Shown here piece after piece: positions 1-9,928 of a DNA stretch of 64,000 nucleotides. Positions within the stretch are counted from its first letter, which is position 1. Each line of letters begins with the position of its first letter. Origin of the DNA: Marispirochaeta sp. GTDB lineage: Bacteria > Spirochaetota > Spirochaetia > JC444 > Marispirochaetaceae. The position numbers were made by a program, and so were the translations under genes. Under the pieces are notes generated by a model, which was not told the origin of the DNA, did not search any database, and saw only the letters and a list, made by a program, of their open reading frames with translations. The stretch covers positions 320,001 through 384,000 of the forward strand of contig CAXXFF010000002.1 of NCBI GenBank assembly GCA_963676835.2, given 5' to 3'.

Positions 1-208
1 TGGCGGAAGAGGGAGGATGGATTGGAGAGGAAGGGATCCTCAGACCGGAAGATGCGGTAGACCCGGAAGACTCCACCGCTACCAGGTCGATCTGCAGAAG
101 CTCTGCATCGTCAGATACAGGCAGCAGTGCCGACTGGCACATTGTACCAACCAGCACTGCCAGCTTTGGAGAAATTAACAGTGATGAAGTGTATAGCCCA
201 TAAGGGCA

Positions 209-532
209 TTAGAGAAAGGGTGTAAAAAGATCTACAATAGCCTGTTTAGAACCCGCACCAACCTGCTGCTTAACAACTTCTCCGCCATTGAATATCATCA
301 AAGTCGGAATGCTTATAATGTTATACTGCTGAGCAAGGTCACCCACTTCGTCAACGTTAACCTTGGCAACCTTGACCTTGCCTGCATACTCTGTAGATAT
401 TTCTTCAAGCACCGGAGCTATCATCCGGCAGGGCACACACCACTCCGCCCAGAAATCTACGATGACAGGGATATCTGATTTGAGGACCTCCGCCTCAAAA
501 TTAGCTGCAGTAATTGTTACTTCGTTGCTCAT
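209..532 (-). CDS. trxA: Thioredoxin
   Basis: 107 aa; DFWAEWCVPC active site and ISIPT cis-Pro motif. Confidence 0.95.
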   Translation of the reverse strand: MSNEVTITAANFEAEVLKSDIPVIVDFWAEWCVPCRMIAPVLEEISTEYAGKVKVAKVNVDEVGDLAQQYNIISIPTLMIFNGGEVVKQQVGAGSKQAIVDLFTPFL

Positions 533-550
533 GGTTCCTCCCGATAAGGA

Positions 551-1333
551 TTATTTCTGAATCTTGAAATCATTCAAGCGAAAATCGTTGATAACAGTAT
601 GCACATATTGGATCATCTTTTCCAGATAATTACGGTCTTTCACCGAGAGAATCTCGTTGCCATGCATTTTTTTTATTTCGTCCAGAAGCTCATGCAGCAG
701 ATGGCCGGAATCCACCAGAAATCGCTGCTCCTCCCGTTCTATCTCCCGGACATTGCGGGGAAAACGGTCAAACATTCCGGAATAAACTGCCAGACGGGGA
801 GAAACGCCGCCTTTGGCATCGCTCCAGAGATCAAAAATACGGGATTCAAGCACCACCCGGGGGCCGGAATAGAGGGTAGGGGATACTTCCCGCATACAGC
901 GTTCAACATCCGGCCAGTGAAGACGCTCAAACTCGTTCATTGCCCCGAAAAGCTTTGTCACCTCATAGGATGCTTCAGCGTGGATCTTCCGCTCAGGATA
1001 TCCGGCAATCTTTTCCCTGTTCTGCAGAATAATACGGTCAGCAAAACTCTGAGTCGGCCTGGCTTTCTTCGCTGCGGTTCGGTCAATAGCTTTATTTGTC
1101 TCCCTGCCTGCCTTTTCCTCTTCCTTTTTGCGGAGCTGCTGAATTGTTACCATCTCCGCGTGCAGAAAAGAGGCCATATCAAAGCGGGCTTTCATTGCAC
1201 CGAAATAACGATCTTCAAAATCATTTTTCAATTTTCCCGACTTCATGAACTGTACAATGTAATGGTCGTATTCCTTGAGAATACGATCCCGTGCCTGTTC
1301 TATTTCATCAAAACTTAGCTTACTCTTCTTCAT
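551..1333 (-). CDS. Hypothetical helical protein
   Basis: 260-aa ORF overlapping the trpA stop and co-oriented with it; no family recognised. Confidence 0.75.
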   Translation of the reverse strand: MKKSKLSFDEIEQARDRILKEYDHYIVQFMKSGKLKNDFEDRYFGAMKARFDMASFLHAEMVTIQQLRKKEEEKAGRETNKAIDRTAAKKARPTQSFADRIILQNREKIAGYPERKIHAEASYEVTKLFGAMNEFERLHWPDVERCMREVSPTLYSGPRVVLESRIFDLWSDAKGGVSPRLAVYSGMFDRFPRNVREIEREEQRFLVDSGHLLHELLDEIKKMHGNEILSVKDRNYLEKMIQYVHTVINDFRLNDFKIQK

Positions 1334-2081
1334 TCTTACATAACCGTCTGGTAAAGTCTCTTATCTCTTTATAGACTCTATCGGCATTACCATCAACGGT
1401 TTGAGCAATAAGATTCACCAGAGCGGACCCCACAACCGGGGCATGAACATGAGCTTCCAGAAGGGCAATTTGTTCCTCTGTGCGGATTCCAAATCCTGCA
1501 AAGATATCCATTTCGGTTTTTTTCAGCTTCTCCAGAAAAGCAATCAGCTCTTCCGAGATTTCTGTCTGCCTTCCGGTTATCCCCTGTCGGAGAGCAGTAT
1601 AGACCCATGGTTCACCCAGGGCGGATATTTCATTCAGCCGCTGTTCTGATACAGTAGGGACCACAACAGGAACGATAGGCATATCGAGCTTCTTTCCTGC
1701 AGCATACAGTCCATCATCACTGCCGGCCACAAGGTCCGGAACAATCAGCCCCCGAACCCCGGCATCCTTTGCCCGCTGAATAAAGGCCTCAATGCCAATT
1801 ACCACCACAGGGTTGGCATAGGTCATAATAAAAACCGGGACGTCCGATAGGGCTGAAATCTTTGCTGCAAGCTCAAAACCGCCGTTAAGGGTAAAACCTG
1901 CTTCCAGTGCTTTACTGCAGGCGGCCTGTATAACCGGCCCGTCGGCGGTGGGATCGGAAAATGGAAACTGAAGCTCTATGTAGGAAGCTCCACCATCGAC
2001 AAGACCTTTTGCAACATTCAGACTGGTCTCGCTATCCGGGTACCAGGCTATCATGTGGGTCATTACTCTGTGCTTACTCAT
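1320..2081 (-). CDS. trpA: Tryptophan synthase alpha subunit
   Basis: ELQFPFSDPTADGPVIQ and GFGI motifs; start moved to ATG 2081 (MSKHRVM), overlapping the trpB end. Confidence 0.95.
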   Translation of the reverse strand: MSKHRVMTHMIAWYPDSETSLNVAKGLVDGGASYIELQFPFSDPTADGPVIQAACSKALEAGFTLNGGFELAAKISALSDVPVFIMTYANPVVVIGIEAFIQRAKDAGVRGLIVPDLVAGSDDGLYAAGKKLDMPIVPVVVPTVSEQRLNEISALGEPWVYTALRQGITGRQTEISEELIAFLEKLKKTEMDIFAGFGIRTEEQIALLEAHVHAPVVGSALVNLIAQTVDGNADRVYKEIRDFTRRLCKNEEE

Positions 2082-3297
2082 TTCCTTCTGCCTCCATGGC
2101 AAGAAATTCTCTCCACTTGTCTCCATCCAGTGCCTGGGCGGAGATAAACAGATCTTTATCTCCCCGGCCGGACATATTTACGATTACTGCTTTTTCAGGC
2201 GGCAGCTTTGCCGCCTGCTTCATAACCTCCGCCCCGGCATGGGCTGATTCAAGAGCAAAGATAACCCCTTCATTGCGGGCGAATGCCCTTACCGCATCAA
2301 GGGCTTCGCTGTCTGTGGCTGAGGTAAATTCAACCCTTCCACTTTGTCCAAGATGAGCCAGTTCAGGACCAATACCAGGGTAATCCAGCCCGGCAGATAT
2401 GGAATGGGTATGCAGAACCTGTCCGTCGGCATCAGTCAGAAACAGACTTTTATACCCCTGAATAATCCCCTCTCTGGAACCGGTACCGTTCATTCTGGCA
2501 GCATGTTCTCCGCTTTCAAGGCCCCGGCCTCCGGCTTCAACACCGACCAATCTGGGGTGCTTTTCTTCGATAAACGGAGCAAAAAATCCTATTGAGTTTG
2601 AACCGCCGCCGACACAGGCAACCAGAGCATCAACGTCAAGATCACGCGCTTCTATCTGTTCCAGGGTTTCAGTACCAATAACGGACTGAAATTCCTTCAC
2701 CATCTGAGGATAGGGATGCGGTCCGAGGGCACTGCCGATCAGGTAATGGGTGTCCTGAAAGTTTTCCGCCCAGTCCCGCAATGCCTCATTTACCGCATCC
2801 TTCAACGTTCTGGAACCGGAAGAGACAGGGACAACCTTTGCACCGAAGAGTTCCATCCAGAAGACATTGGGCCTCTGACGGCGGATATCCACCTCACCCA
2901 TATAGACGGTACATTCAAAACCCAGTTTTGCGCATACTGCAGCGGTAGCCACACCATGCTGCCCGGCTCCTGTTTCCGCAATAATCCGCGTTTTACCCAT
3001 CTTCCGGGTGAGCAGAGCCTGACCAAGTGCATTGTTTATCTTGTGAGCTCCGGTATGAGCCAGCCCTTCCATTTTCACATAGATCTGGGCTCCGCCGATC
3101 TCCCGGCTCAGGTTGGCTGCATGCATCATAGGTGTCGGCCGGCCGATAAATTCGGCGGCATAGCGGTCAAATTCCTGCCGGAATCCGGGATCATCCTTCC
3201 AGCGATTGAAAGCTGCTTCAAGCTCTTCCACAGGCTGTTTCAGGACCTCAGCCACGTAGCGGCCGCCGAAACCTCCGTAGTACCCTTTATTCGACAT
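2074..3297 (-). CDS. trpB: Tryptophan synthase beta subunit
   Basis: HTGAHKINN PLP lysine, ETGAGQHG, SISAGLDYPG and SGRGDKD motifs. Confidence 0.97.
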   Translation of the reverse strand: MSNKGYYGGFGGRYVAEVLKQPVEELEAAFNRWKDDPGFRQEFDRYAAEFIGRPTPMMHAANLSREIGGAQIYVKMEGLAHTGAHKINNALGQALLTRKMGKTRIIAETGAGQHGVATAAVCAKLGFECTVYMGEVDIRRQRPNVFWMELFGAKVVPVSSGSRTLKDAVNEALRDWAENFQDTHYLIGSALGPHPYPQMVKEFQSVIGTETLEQIEARDLDVDALVACVGGGSNSIGFFAPFIEEKHPRLVGVEAGGRGLESGEHAARMNGTGSREGIIQGYKSLFLTDADGQVLHTHSISAGLDYPGIGPELAHLGQSGRVEFTSATDSEALDAVRAFARNEGVIFALESAHAGAEVMKQAAKLPPEKAVIVNMSGRGDKDLFISAQALDGDKWREFLAMEAEGNE

Positions 3298-3309
3298 ATC
3301 TATACTCCG

Positions 3310-4746
3310 TTACTGATTATCAAGAGCCTCAAACAGGCTCTTCAGCTTATGATGATCTTTTTTACCAGGGGATTTCTCAACACCCGAGGAGAGATCGATT
3401 AACTCCGGATGGAGATCTTTCACAATTTCTGCCGCATTTTCCGCATCTATTCCGCCGGCAAGCCAGAGAGGTTTCGTTTCGGAAGCTTTCCGGGCCAGTT
3501 GCCGGTCTACCTGCTGCCCCGACCCTCCCCGAACTCCGGGCACCCGGGCATCAAGCAGAACCCGGGGAGAGCGGAACTTTCCAGCCTCCTCCAGATCAGC
3601 CTCAGTTCCGGCCCGTACCGCCTTATAGTAGGGAAAGGCCAGGCGGCTGCAGGCATCAGGTAATTCATCACCATGAAACTGCACCGCATCGAGAAGGCCG
3701 TCACCAAGGAGAGATTTCACCTCTTCAGGAAAGCTCCCTCCCTGCTCGTCTGTTACGACTACAGCGACTTTCAATGCTTTAATATCTTTCAGGCCTCGAA
3801 GAAGCTCAATGCTGGCCCTGCGGGGGGATTCAGCAAAAACAAAACCCAGAATATCCGCCCCGAGACTTTCGGCATAGAGAGCATCCTCTGCACAGGTAAT
3901 CCCGCAGATCTTTACCAGGGGCCGCCCTGGATGACCGCTCCGCTTTTCCACCAGTCGGCGCCAGAATGCAAGGTCTGAACTTTCTGCATCTGCCGCAGAA
4001 ACCAGTTCATCCAGGCGCTCAGGATAACGGACCACCGTCTCTCCAATGAGAGCTCCGGAAAAGCCGGATGAGAGTACAAGACGGATATCTTCCCCGAAAG
4101 AAATGCCGGATTCAAACACAAGCCGGGTCTTCCACCTTATCATCCCCGCAATGCCCAACGGCAGAAGCAGGTCGGTTTTGAATGTTGTGAGATCCCTGCA
4201 GTTTATTCCGGTGAGCTCCGGCTTAAACCGCTCCGCCTTTTCTACATCCTCTCGTGTATGCACCTCAACCAATGGCTGCAGTCCAAGTTCCTTACAGCGT
4301 CCATACAGTTTCTCCAGGGTAATAGCATCCAGAAGAGCTGCAATCAGCAGAACAGCGTCCGCCCCGGCCCGGTAGCTAATTTCCAGATCCTCTTCATCGA
4401 GGATAAACTCTTTGCGCAGGATTGCCGCCTGAGGATATGCGGCCTTGATCTGCATAAGATCATTCAGTGAACCATGAAAATGATCCTCTTCTGTCAGGAC
4501 AGAGATCGACCGCACTCCTGCATCGATATATCTTCCCGCCTGTTCAACCGGATCAAGTCCGCCGCTGATAATCCCCTTTGAGGGGGATCCCCGTTTTATT
4601 TCGCAGATCAGGGGAGGATCAGGCAGGAAAGGCACCAGGGGCGCAATTCGTTTTTCAGGAATATTTACCCCCAGAGCATGTCCTTCTGAGTCGATTCTTT
4701 TTTTCCGCTGTTCTGCAATCTGCTGCAGAATATTTCCGCTTTTCAT
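3310..4746 (-). CDS. trpCF: Bifunctional indole-3-glycerol phosphate synthase / phosphoribosylanthranilate isomerase (TrpC-TrpF fusion)
   Basis: N-half EIKRGSPSKG and SVLTE; C-half VKICGIT, LAGG and DLSSGVE..PGKKD. Confidence 0.93.
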   Translation of the reverse strand: MKSGNILQQIAEQRKKRIDSEGHALGVNIPEKRIAPLVPFLPDPPLICEIKRGSPSKGIISGGLDPVEQAGRYIDAGVRSISVLTEEDHFHGSLNDLMQIKAAYPQAAILRKEFILDEEDLEISYRAGADAVLLIAALLDAITLEKLYGRCKELGLQPLVEVHTREDVEKAERFKPELTGINCRDLTTFKTDLLLPLGIAGMIRWKTRLVFESGISFGEDIRLVLSSGFSGALIGETVVRYPERLDELVSAADAESSDLAFWRRLVEKRSGHPGRPLVKICGITCAEDALYAESLGADILGFVFAESPRRASIELLRGLKDIKALKVAVVVTDEQGGSFPEEVKSLLGDGLLDAVQFHGDELPDACSRLAFPYYKAVRAGTEADLEEAGKFRSPRVLLDARVPGVRGGSGQQVDRQLARKASETKPLWLAGGIDAENAAEIVKDLHPELIDLSSGVEKSPGKKDHHKLKSLFEALDNQ

Positions 4747-6335
4747 GCCTGAGAAGCCGTCCTGACTGCATCAAGTTTGCTCTGCACCAGTCCGTCATCC
4801 AGAGCCTTTACCGCAAGTTCATACCCATCTGCCAGGGTTTTCACTTTACCGGCAACAACGAGGGCAGCGCCGGCATTAAGGCAGACAGCAGCCTTTATGG
4901 CAGGATTTCCACCTCCGGAAAGTATCTCCCGGGCCATGGCTGCATTCTCTTCTCCTTCACCGCCCTTCAGATCATCAAGACTGTATTTTGGAATACCCAG
5001 TGTTGCAGGATCAAACTCTTCACTTACAAGATCCTCACCCTCGGCAAAATGAACAATTCTGGAAGGTCCGGTGACGGTAATCTCATCAAGTCCGTCGGAA
5101 CCGTGAACAATCATTCCCCGCTTTATTCCCAGCAGCATGGCCGCCCGGGCCATGAGCTCACATTTTTCAGCATCAAAGACCCCGATAAGCTGATACTCTG
5201 CTCCGGCAGGATTAGCCAGAGGCCCAAGCATGTTCATAATAGTTTTAAAGCCCAGCTCCCTGCGCACAGGCGCTGCATGCCGCATTGCTCCATGGAATTT
5301 CGGAGCAAAGAGAAAAGCAAACTCCTGTTCGTTGATCATGCGTTCCGCAACGGCTGCATCTATATCGATATTGATGCCCAGAGCTTTGTAGAAGTCGGCG
5401 CTGCCGCTTTTTGAACTGATAGCCCGGTTACCATGTTTGGCTACTGCAGCACCGCAGGAAGAGGCAATAAGAGCCGCCATGGAGCTGATATTAAAGGTTC
5501 CATGCCCGTCCCCTCCGGTACCGCAGGTGTCCAGTACCGGCTGGTCTGTTTTTACCGGAACCCGTTTCTCCTGCAGAACCCGGGCACATCCGGCGACCTC
5601 TTCAGGGGTAATACCCTTTGCATTGAGGGCAGTTAAAAACGCAGCAAGCTTGGCAGGAGGCACACTTCCTTCCGTAACTTCACGCATAAAGCCTGAAGCC
5701 TCGTTTAAAGATAGATCCTCTCCGTCAATCACCCGCAGTAGATTTTTCTGCAGCGGATAGGGTTCCCGCCGGTATTCAAGAAAGTTGGCAAGCAGCTTTT
5801 TACCCTCTTCCGAAGCAATGGATTCCGGATGAAACTGAACACCCTCGATATCATATTCCTTATGCCTTATTCCCATAATCTCACCATCATCCGTCCTTGC
5901 ACTTACCTCAAGGACATCCGGAAGGGAGCTCTCTTCAACCGCCAGGGAGTGGTACCGGGTAAATACCGAGCGGGGCTGCAGATTTCTAAACAAGCCGCGG
6001 CCGTCATTACTGACCTCCTGGGTTTTACCGTGAACAATATGCCCGGCCTGTACGATATTGGCTCCGAATGCTTCCCCGATAGCCTGATGACCAAGGCATA
6101 TTCCCAGAATCGGCACCTTGCCGGCAAAACGCCGGATGGCTTCGATACTTATACCCGCATCACCAGGCTTTCCGGGGCCTGGTGAAATTATCAGGCCCTT
6201 CATCGGAAGATTCTCGAGTTCATCTACTGTAATCTTGTCATTGCGGATGACCTTGACCGGAAGATGGGTCATTTCCAGAAGATACTGGTATATATTGAAG
6301 GTAAAAGAATCGTAATTATCTATCAGAACATACAT
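4743..6335 (-). CDS. trpGD: Anthranilate synthase component II / anthranilate phosphoribosyltransferase (TrpG-TrpD fusion)
   Basis: IDNYDSFT, GICLGHQ and QFHPES glutaminase motifs, then DTCGTGGDG and KHGNR. Confidence 0.95.
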   Translation of the reverse strand: MYVLIDNYDSFTFNIYQYLLEMTHLPVKVIRNDKITVDELENLPMKGLIISPGPGKPGDAGISIEAIRRFAGKVPILGICLGHQAIGEAFGANIVQAGHIVHGKTQEVSNDGRGLFRNLQPRSVFTRYHSLAVEESSLPDVLEVSARTDDGEIMGIRHKEYDIEGVQFHPESIASEEGKKLLANFLEYRREPYPLQKNLLRVIDGEDLSLNEASGFMREVTEGSVPPAKLAAFLTALNAKGITPEEVAGCARVLQEKRVPVKTDQPVLDTCGTGGDGHGTFNISSMAALIASSCGAAVAKHGNRAISSKSGSADFYKALGINIDIDAAVAERMINEQEFAFLFAPKFHGAMRHAAPVRRELGFKTIMNMLGPLANPAGAEYQLIGVFDAEKCELMARAAMLLGIKRGMIVHGSDGLDEITVTGPSRIVHFAEGEDLVSEEFDPATLGIPKYSLDDLKGGEGEENAAMAREILSGGGNPAIKAAVCLNAGAALVVAGKVKTLADGYELAVKALDDGLVQSKLDAVRTASQA

Positions 6336-6384
6336 GGCAGTCTCCTTTAAATCGTGCTGTCGGGTTCGCGTTTTACCGGAAAGA

Positions 6385-7782
6385 TCAATCTTCCATGGCT
6401 GCCATCAGGGCACCCAGTTTCTCGATAGTTTCCTGATACTCCCTTTCGGGGGTGGAATCATACACAATACCTGCTCCTGCCTGGAGAGTGATTGTATCCC
6501 CTTTCTGCAGCGCGCTCCTTATGGTGATGCAGGTATCCATCTGTCCATCTGGCTCAAAGTAACCAACCAGCCCGGCATAAAATCCCCGCTTCTTAGGCTC
6601 CAGGGAATCAATAATCTCCATAGCCCTGATCTTGGGAGCGCCCGAAACAGTTCCTGCAGGAAAAGTGGCCCGTACGACTGCGGCAGATTTCTTTCCTTCA
6701 AGCTTTCCCCGTACCCTGGACACCAGATGCATAACATGGGAATAGCGTTCAACATCCATAAACTCCACAACTTCCACTGAGCCGGCCTCACAAACCCGCC
6801 CGAGGTCGTTCCGGGCAAGATCGACCAGCATCAGATGTTCCGCCCGTTCTTTTTCATCGTTCTTAAGCTCATCTTCAAGCCGGCGGTCCTCTTCTTCGGT
6901 TTTTCCCCTTCGCCGGGTACCAGCAATGGGGTGAATCTCCGCGTATCCGTCTTTTACCTTTACATGGACCTCAGGAGACGATCCAAATATGGTGTAGTCA
7001 CCGAAATTCAGATAAAAAAGATAAGGAGAAGGATTCGCTCCCCTAAGGTGCCTGTAAGCCTCCAGGGGACTTATGGTGGTACGCAGGTTTATTCTTCTGG
7101 AAAGAACTCCCTGGACAATATCACCGGCAATAATATGCTGGCGCACCTTTTCAACCCCGTCCATATAGACCTGCCGATCTTCCTCAGAATCGCTGATCTC
7201 TGCGGCATAGCCTTTTTCCGGCTCCTCCATATAGGTGAAATCCAGGTTACCGATCTGTTTCTCCGCATTACTGATAAGTGATTCAAGATCGGCGGGGGAC
7301 TCGGCATAATCAAGGGCAATTAAATAGATCAGATCTGTATAATGATCAAAGACAACAAACAGGTTTCCGAAGATGAAACAGGCGTCAGGAAAATCACTGC
7401 TCTCTTTTGCTGAAAAATTGATATCATCGCAGAAGCGGGCAAACTCATAGGAGAGATACCCGACCCCGCCTGCAGGAAAAGGAAGCCCCATTGCCAGAGG
7501 CTTATGCTGGTCTGCAAAATAGTTCAACACGTCTAGAATATCCCTGGCACTGCTTTTAATACGCTTCTGCTGCGTCCCTTTCTGCAGAATTATATCCGCA
7601 TCCTGCTGCAAAACTCTAAATGCCTCTTTTATCAGGAGAATGGAAAAACGTTCTTTCCCCTTTTCAAAAGATGAAGACTCAAGCAGCACCGAAGCACCAA
7701 GTTTTCGTGCAAGAGAGTATGGAGTAAATTTATCACCGGGAACAGCTTTAATCAGAACCCGATCCGTATGTGGCTTCTGCAT
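6385..7782 (-). CDS. trpE: Anthranilate synthase component I
   Basis: LLESS, NPSPY, PIAGT, EHLMLVDLARND and FPAGTVSGAPK motifs; first gene of the trp operon. Confidence 0.95.
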   Translation of the reverse strand: MQKPHTDRVLIKAVPGDKFTPYSLARKLGASVLLESSSFEKGKERFSILLIKEAFRVLQQDADIILQKGTQQKRIKSSARDILDVLNYFADQHKPLAMGLPFPAGGVGYLSYEFARFCDDINFSAKESSDFPDACFIFGNLFVVFDHYTDLIYLIALDYAESPADLESLISNAEKQIGNLDFTYMEEPEKGYAAEISDSEEDRQVYMDGVEKVRQHIIAGDIVQGVLSRRINLRTTISPLEAYRHLRGANPSPYLFYLNFGDYTIFGSSPEVHVKVKDGYAEIHPIAGTRRRGKTEEEDRRLEDELKNDEKERAEHLMLVDLARNDLGRVCEAGSVEVVEFMDVERYSHVMHLVSRVRGKLEGKKSAAVVRATFPAGTVSGAPKIRAMEIIDSLEPKKRGFYAGLVGYFEPDGQMDTCITIRSALQKGDTITLQAGAGIVYDSTPEREYQETIEKLGALMAAMED

Positions 7783-7836
7783 ATATATATCCTCACCATT
7801 ACGTTTCTACATATAGTATCGTTACTACAAAAAGAA

Positions 7837-7864
7837 ACTATACTGAAAACTGATGTACTGTCAA
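7837..7864 (-). promoter_or_regulatory. sigma70-type promoter of the trp operon
   Basis: Minus strand TTGACA-16 nt-TATAGT, about 55 nt upstream of trpE. Confidence 0.7.
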
Positions 7865-7942
7865 GTAGAAACACTGTTTTTGCTTTTATGTTCTAATATT
7901 CATATATTGAATTTGGAGAGTTATTTTAAACGGGGGATAAAA

Positions 7943-8686
7943 ATGAAAAGAGTTTCTATTCTACTGCTGCTTGTTTTTATAACCGCAGTATGGGCCATGT
8001 TTCTTATCGCAGAGGATGCAACTGTCCAGAGTTCTTCCTTCAATGTAGACGGATGGAAGGTCCGCTATGCATCACCAAGTTACGGGATATCGATGCTGCT
8101 CCTCAATGTTACCGCAAACGGACTCGATGAAACGGTAGCCGTTCCAGGATTTGATTTCCGCATACTCAACGGCATGAATGTCTCTAAACGGGGAGGCTTC
8201 TACACCGGTTATGAGGTAGGAGCGACTATTTATGTAATGAGCGAGTCCGATTCATTTTATGTTGACGACTTAAATAGCGGTTCCGGGGGTAATATTTATC
8301 TGTCTGATTTCTTTGCAGGCTCCGTCTACATAATGCAGAAATACGGTTACAGACTTGACCTGGGCATGAAGGCAGGAGGTTTGAGCATAGGCACCGAAAT
8401 CGGCATCGGACTGGTTGTAGGCGGCGGATCCTACGATATAATCGATGAAACAGATTCTGCCGAGGACGGCAGCGGCAGTACGGATAACCCCTTTGGTATG
8501 CTTATGGAACTGTCTCTGGAGGGGACTTTGCGTTTGGGTCAGAATACACGATTGTTCGCCGGCCTGGGCGCTGATCTCAGCAATCCTATGTTTGAGTCTG
8601 TTGAAGGATCAAGTTCTGCGAATCTGGATATAGAACAGGCACCGATCCGGCCCTTTCTTCGTGCCGGCTTCAGCATGAACTACTGA
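7943..8686 (+). CDS. Exported protein, probable outer-membrane beta-barrel
   Basis: Start at MKRVSILL after a GGGG RBS; signal peptide; alternating beta-strand pattern; C-terminus FLRAGFSMNY. Confidence 0.65.
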   Translation: MKRVSILLLLVFITAVWAMFLIAEDATVQSSSFNVDGWKVRYASPSYGISMLLLNVTANGLDETVAVPGFDFRILNGMNVSKRGGFYTGYEVGATIYVMSESDSFYVDDLNSGSGGNIYLSDFFAGSVYIMQKYGYRLDLGMKAGGLSIGTEIGIGLVVGGGSYDIIDETDSAEDGSGSTDNPFGMLMELSLEGTLRLGQNTRLFAGLGADLSNPMFESVEGSSSANLDIEQAPIRPFLRAGFSMNY

Positions 8687-8696
8687 AAACTAATAA

Positions 8697-8726
8697 GCAG
8701 GAGCGCAGAAAAGACTGCACTCCTGC
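8697..8726. terminator. Hairpin between convergent genes
   Basis: GCAGGAG-C-GCAG..CTGC-A-CTCCTGC inverted repeat. Confidence 0.65.
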
Positions 8727-8742
8727 ATATTTATAGTTTACT

Positions 8743-9144
8743 TCAAAAAACCTCAGCCATATCCTGCTGATTATCTTCTGCACCTTCAGGCTGATCCTCT
8801 TCCTTATCATTGCTGCTGAACTGAGGTTTAAACTCAACCTTATCGGCAACAATCTTCACCTTATTCTGAACCTTACCGTCCTTATCCTCCCAGCGATCCT
8901 GCTTCAGCCGCCCTTTAATGCGTACACCCCTTCCCTTCTTGAGGTTTTCCGCACACCTTTTGGCCGTGTCGGACCAGGTCTCGATGTCGAAAAAAGATAC
9001 TTCCTGTTTGTTTTCATCCTCCTGACGGTAATACCTGTTTGAGGCAACAGAAAATGAGCAGACCGGGGTGCCCTTCGGGGTCTCTTTAAGCTGGGGATCA
9101 CGGACCAGATTCCCATCAATCATGATGTCGTTTAATGGATTCAT
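8743..9144 (-). CDS. ssb: Single-stranded DNA-binding protein
   Basis: GNLVRDP..TPKG and LKKG..V.IKGRLKQDRW OB-fold motifs; acidic tail ending in F. Confidence 0.95.
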   Translation of the reverse strand: MNPLNDIMIDGNLVRDPQLKETPKGTPVCSFSVASNRYYRQEDENKQEVSFFDIETWSDTAKRCAENLKKGRGVRIKGRLKQDRWEDKDGKVQNKVKIVADKVEFKPQFSSNDKEEDQPEGAEDNQQDMAEVF

Positions 9145-9309
9145 GTTTTTCCTCCTGGAAATTTTGATTTTTTGCGCGTCGCGTATAAGGAGAAACCGTG
9201 GAATTGAAGGTTTGATTCTGGTTTTTAGAATTTTTTTGAAAAAAAATGTGATTTTTTCTGAGGAATCTAAGAAAACTTTTTTAATTGGTTGTTTAAACCC
9301 CAGCTTAAG

Positions 9310-9384
9310 CCCCCTCGCCTGTTTGGGAGAGGGGGTTTGGGGGTGAGGGTCGGCTTCTAACAGTTTTAAAACATCTCCTCACCC
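9310..9384. repeat. GC-rich REP-like palindrome
   Basis: CCCCCTCGCCT-GTTT-GGGAGAGGGGG then TTTGGGGGTGAGGG; CCTCACCC at 9377-9384 is complementary to GGGTGAGG at 9341-9348. Confidence 0.6.
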
Positions 9385-9511
9385 TCTGAGGCCAAGCTTG
9401 ATAGTTGATTTAAAGATAACTGTATTTATTCAACATTCAGTTTCTTGAAGCAGGAAACCATATGTGCGGTATCTTTCTATAGAGAACAACCCTGTTTAGG
9501 AGGTATACAAT

Positions 9512-9832
9512 ATGGGAGAGACACATATGGAACTTGGTTCTAAAGAATTATAGTATATTGGCGATTATATTCGCCTGCATATCCCCGAATGGTTTCCAGC
9601 GGTTAAGACTGACCGGCAGATTAACCTGGTGGAACGAATCGTTCGCGTTGAGGAAGAGCTTAAGTCTCAGCGTGAACTGATGATTCAGGGCTTTAATTCG
9701 ATAGATAAACGCCTGGAAAGCAATGAAAAACGGTATGAAGATATGAACAGCCGTTTTAACAGCCTTCAATGGACAATCGGCCTTGGTTTTACCCTCATGG
9801 CCGGATTGATGGCGGTTTTTAATCTCTTTTAA
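9512..9832 (+). pseudogene. Coiled-coil/TM heptad-repeat family gene, copy P1, interrupted by TAG at codon 14 (9551-9553)
   Basis: Reads MGETHMELGSKEL*YIGDYIRLHIPEW...QWTIGLGFTLMAGLMAVFNLF; clearly homologous to the array at 15851-18136; AGGAGG RBS present. Confidence 0.85.
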
Positions 9833-9928
9833 ATTGGAATACCTTCTTTTTCCATATTACCAACCCTATTTTTAGCGATCCTTGAAGCAGCAGCTCAGTT
9901 TCCCGGTTACTAGTACCGGAGGCTGCCA

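Noticed and set aside
1..203. Open frames on both strands at the window start
   Set aside because: Truncated and without a recognisable motif; strand and product cannot be assigned.
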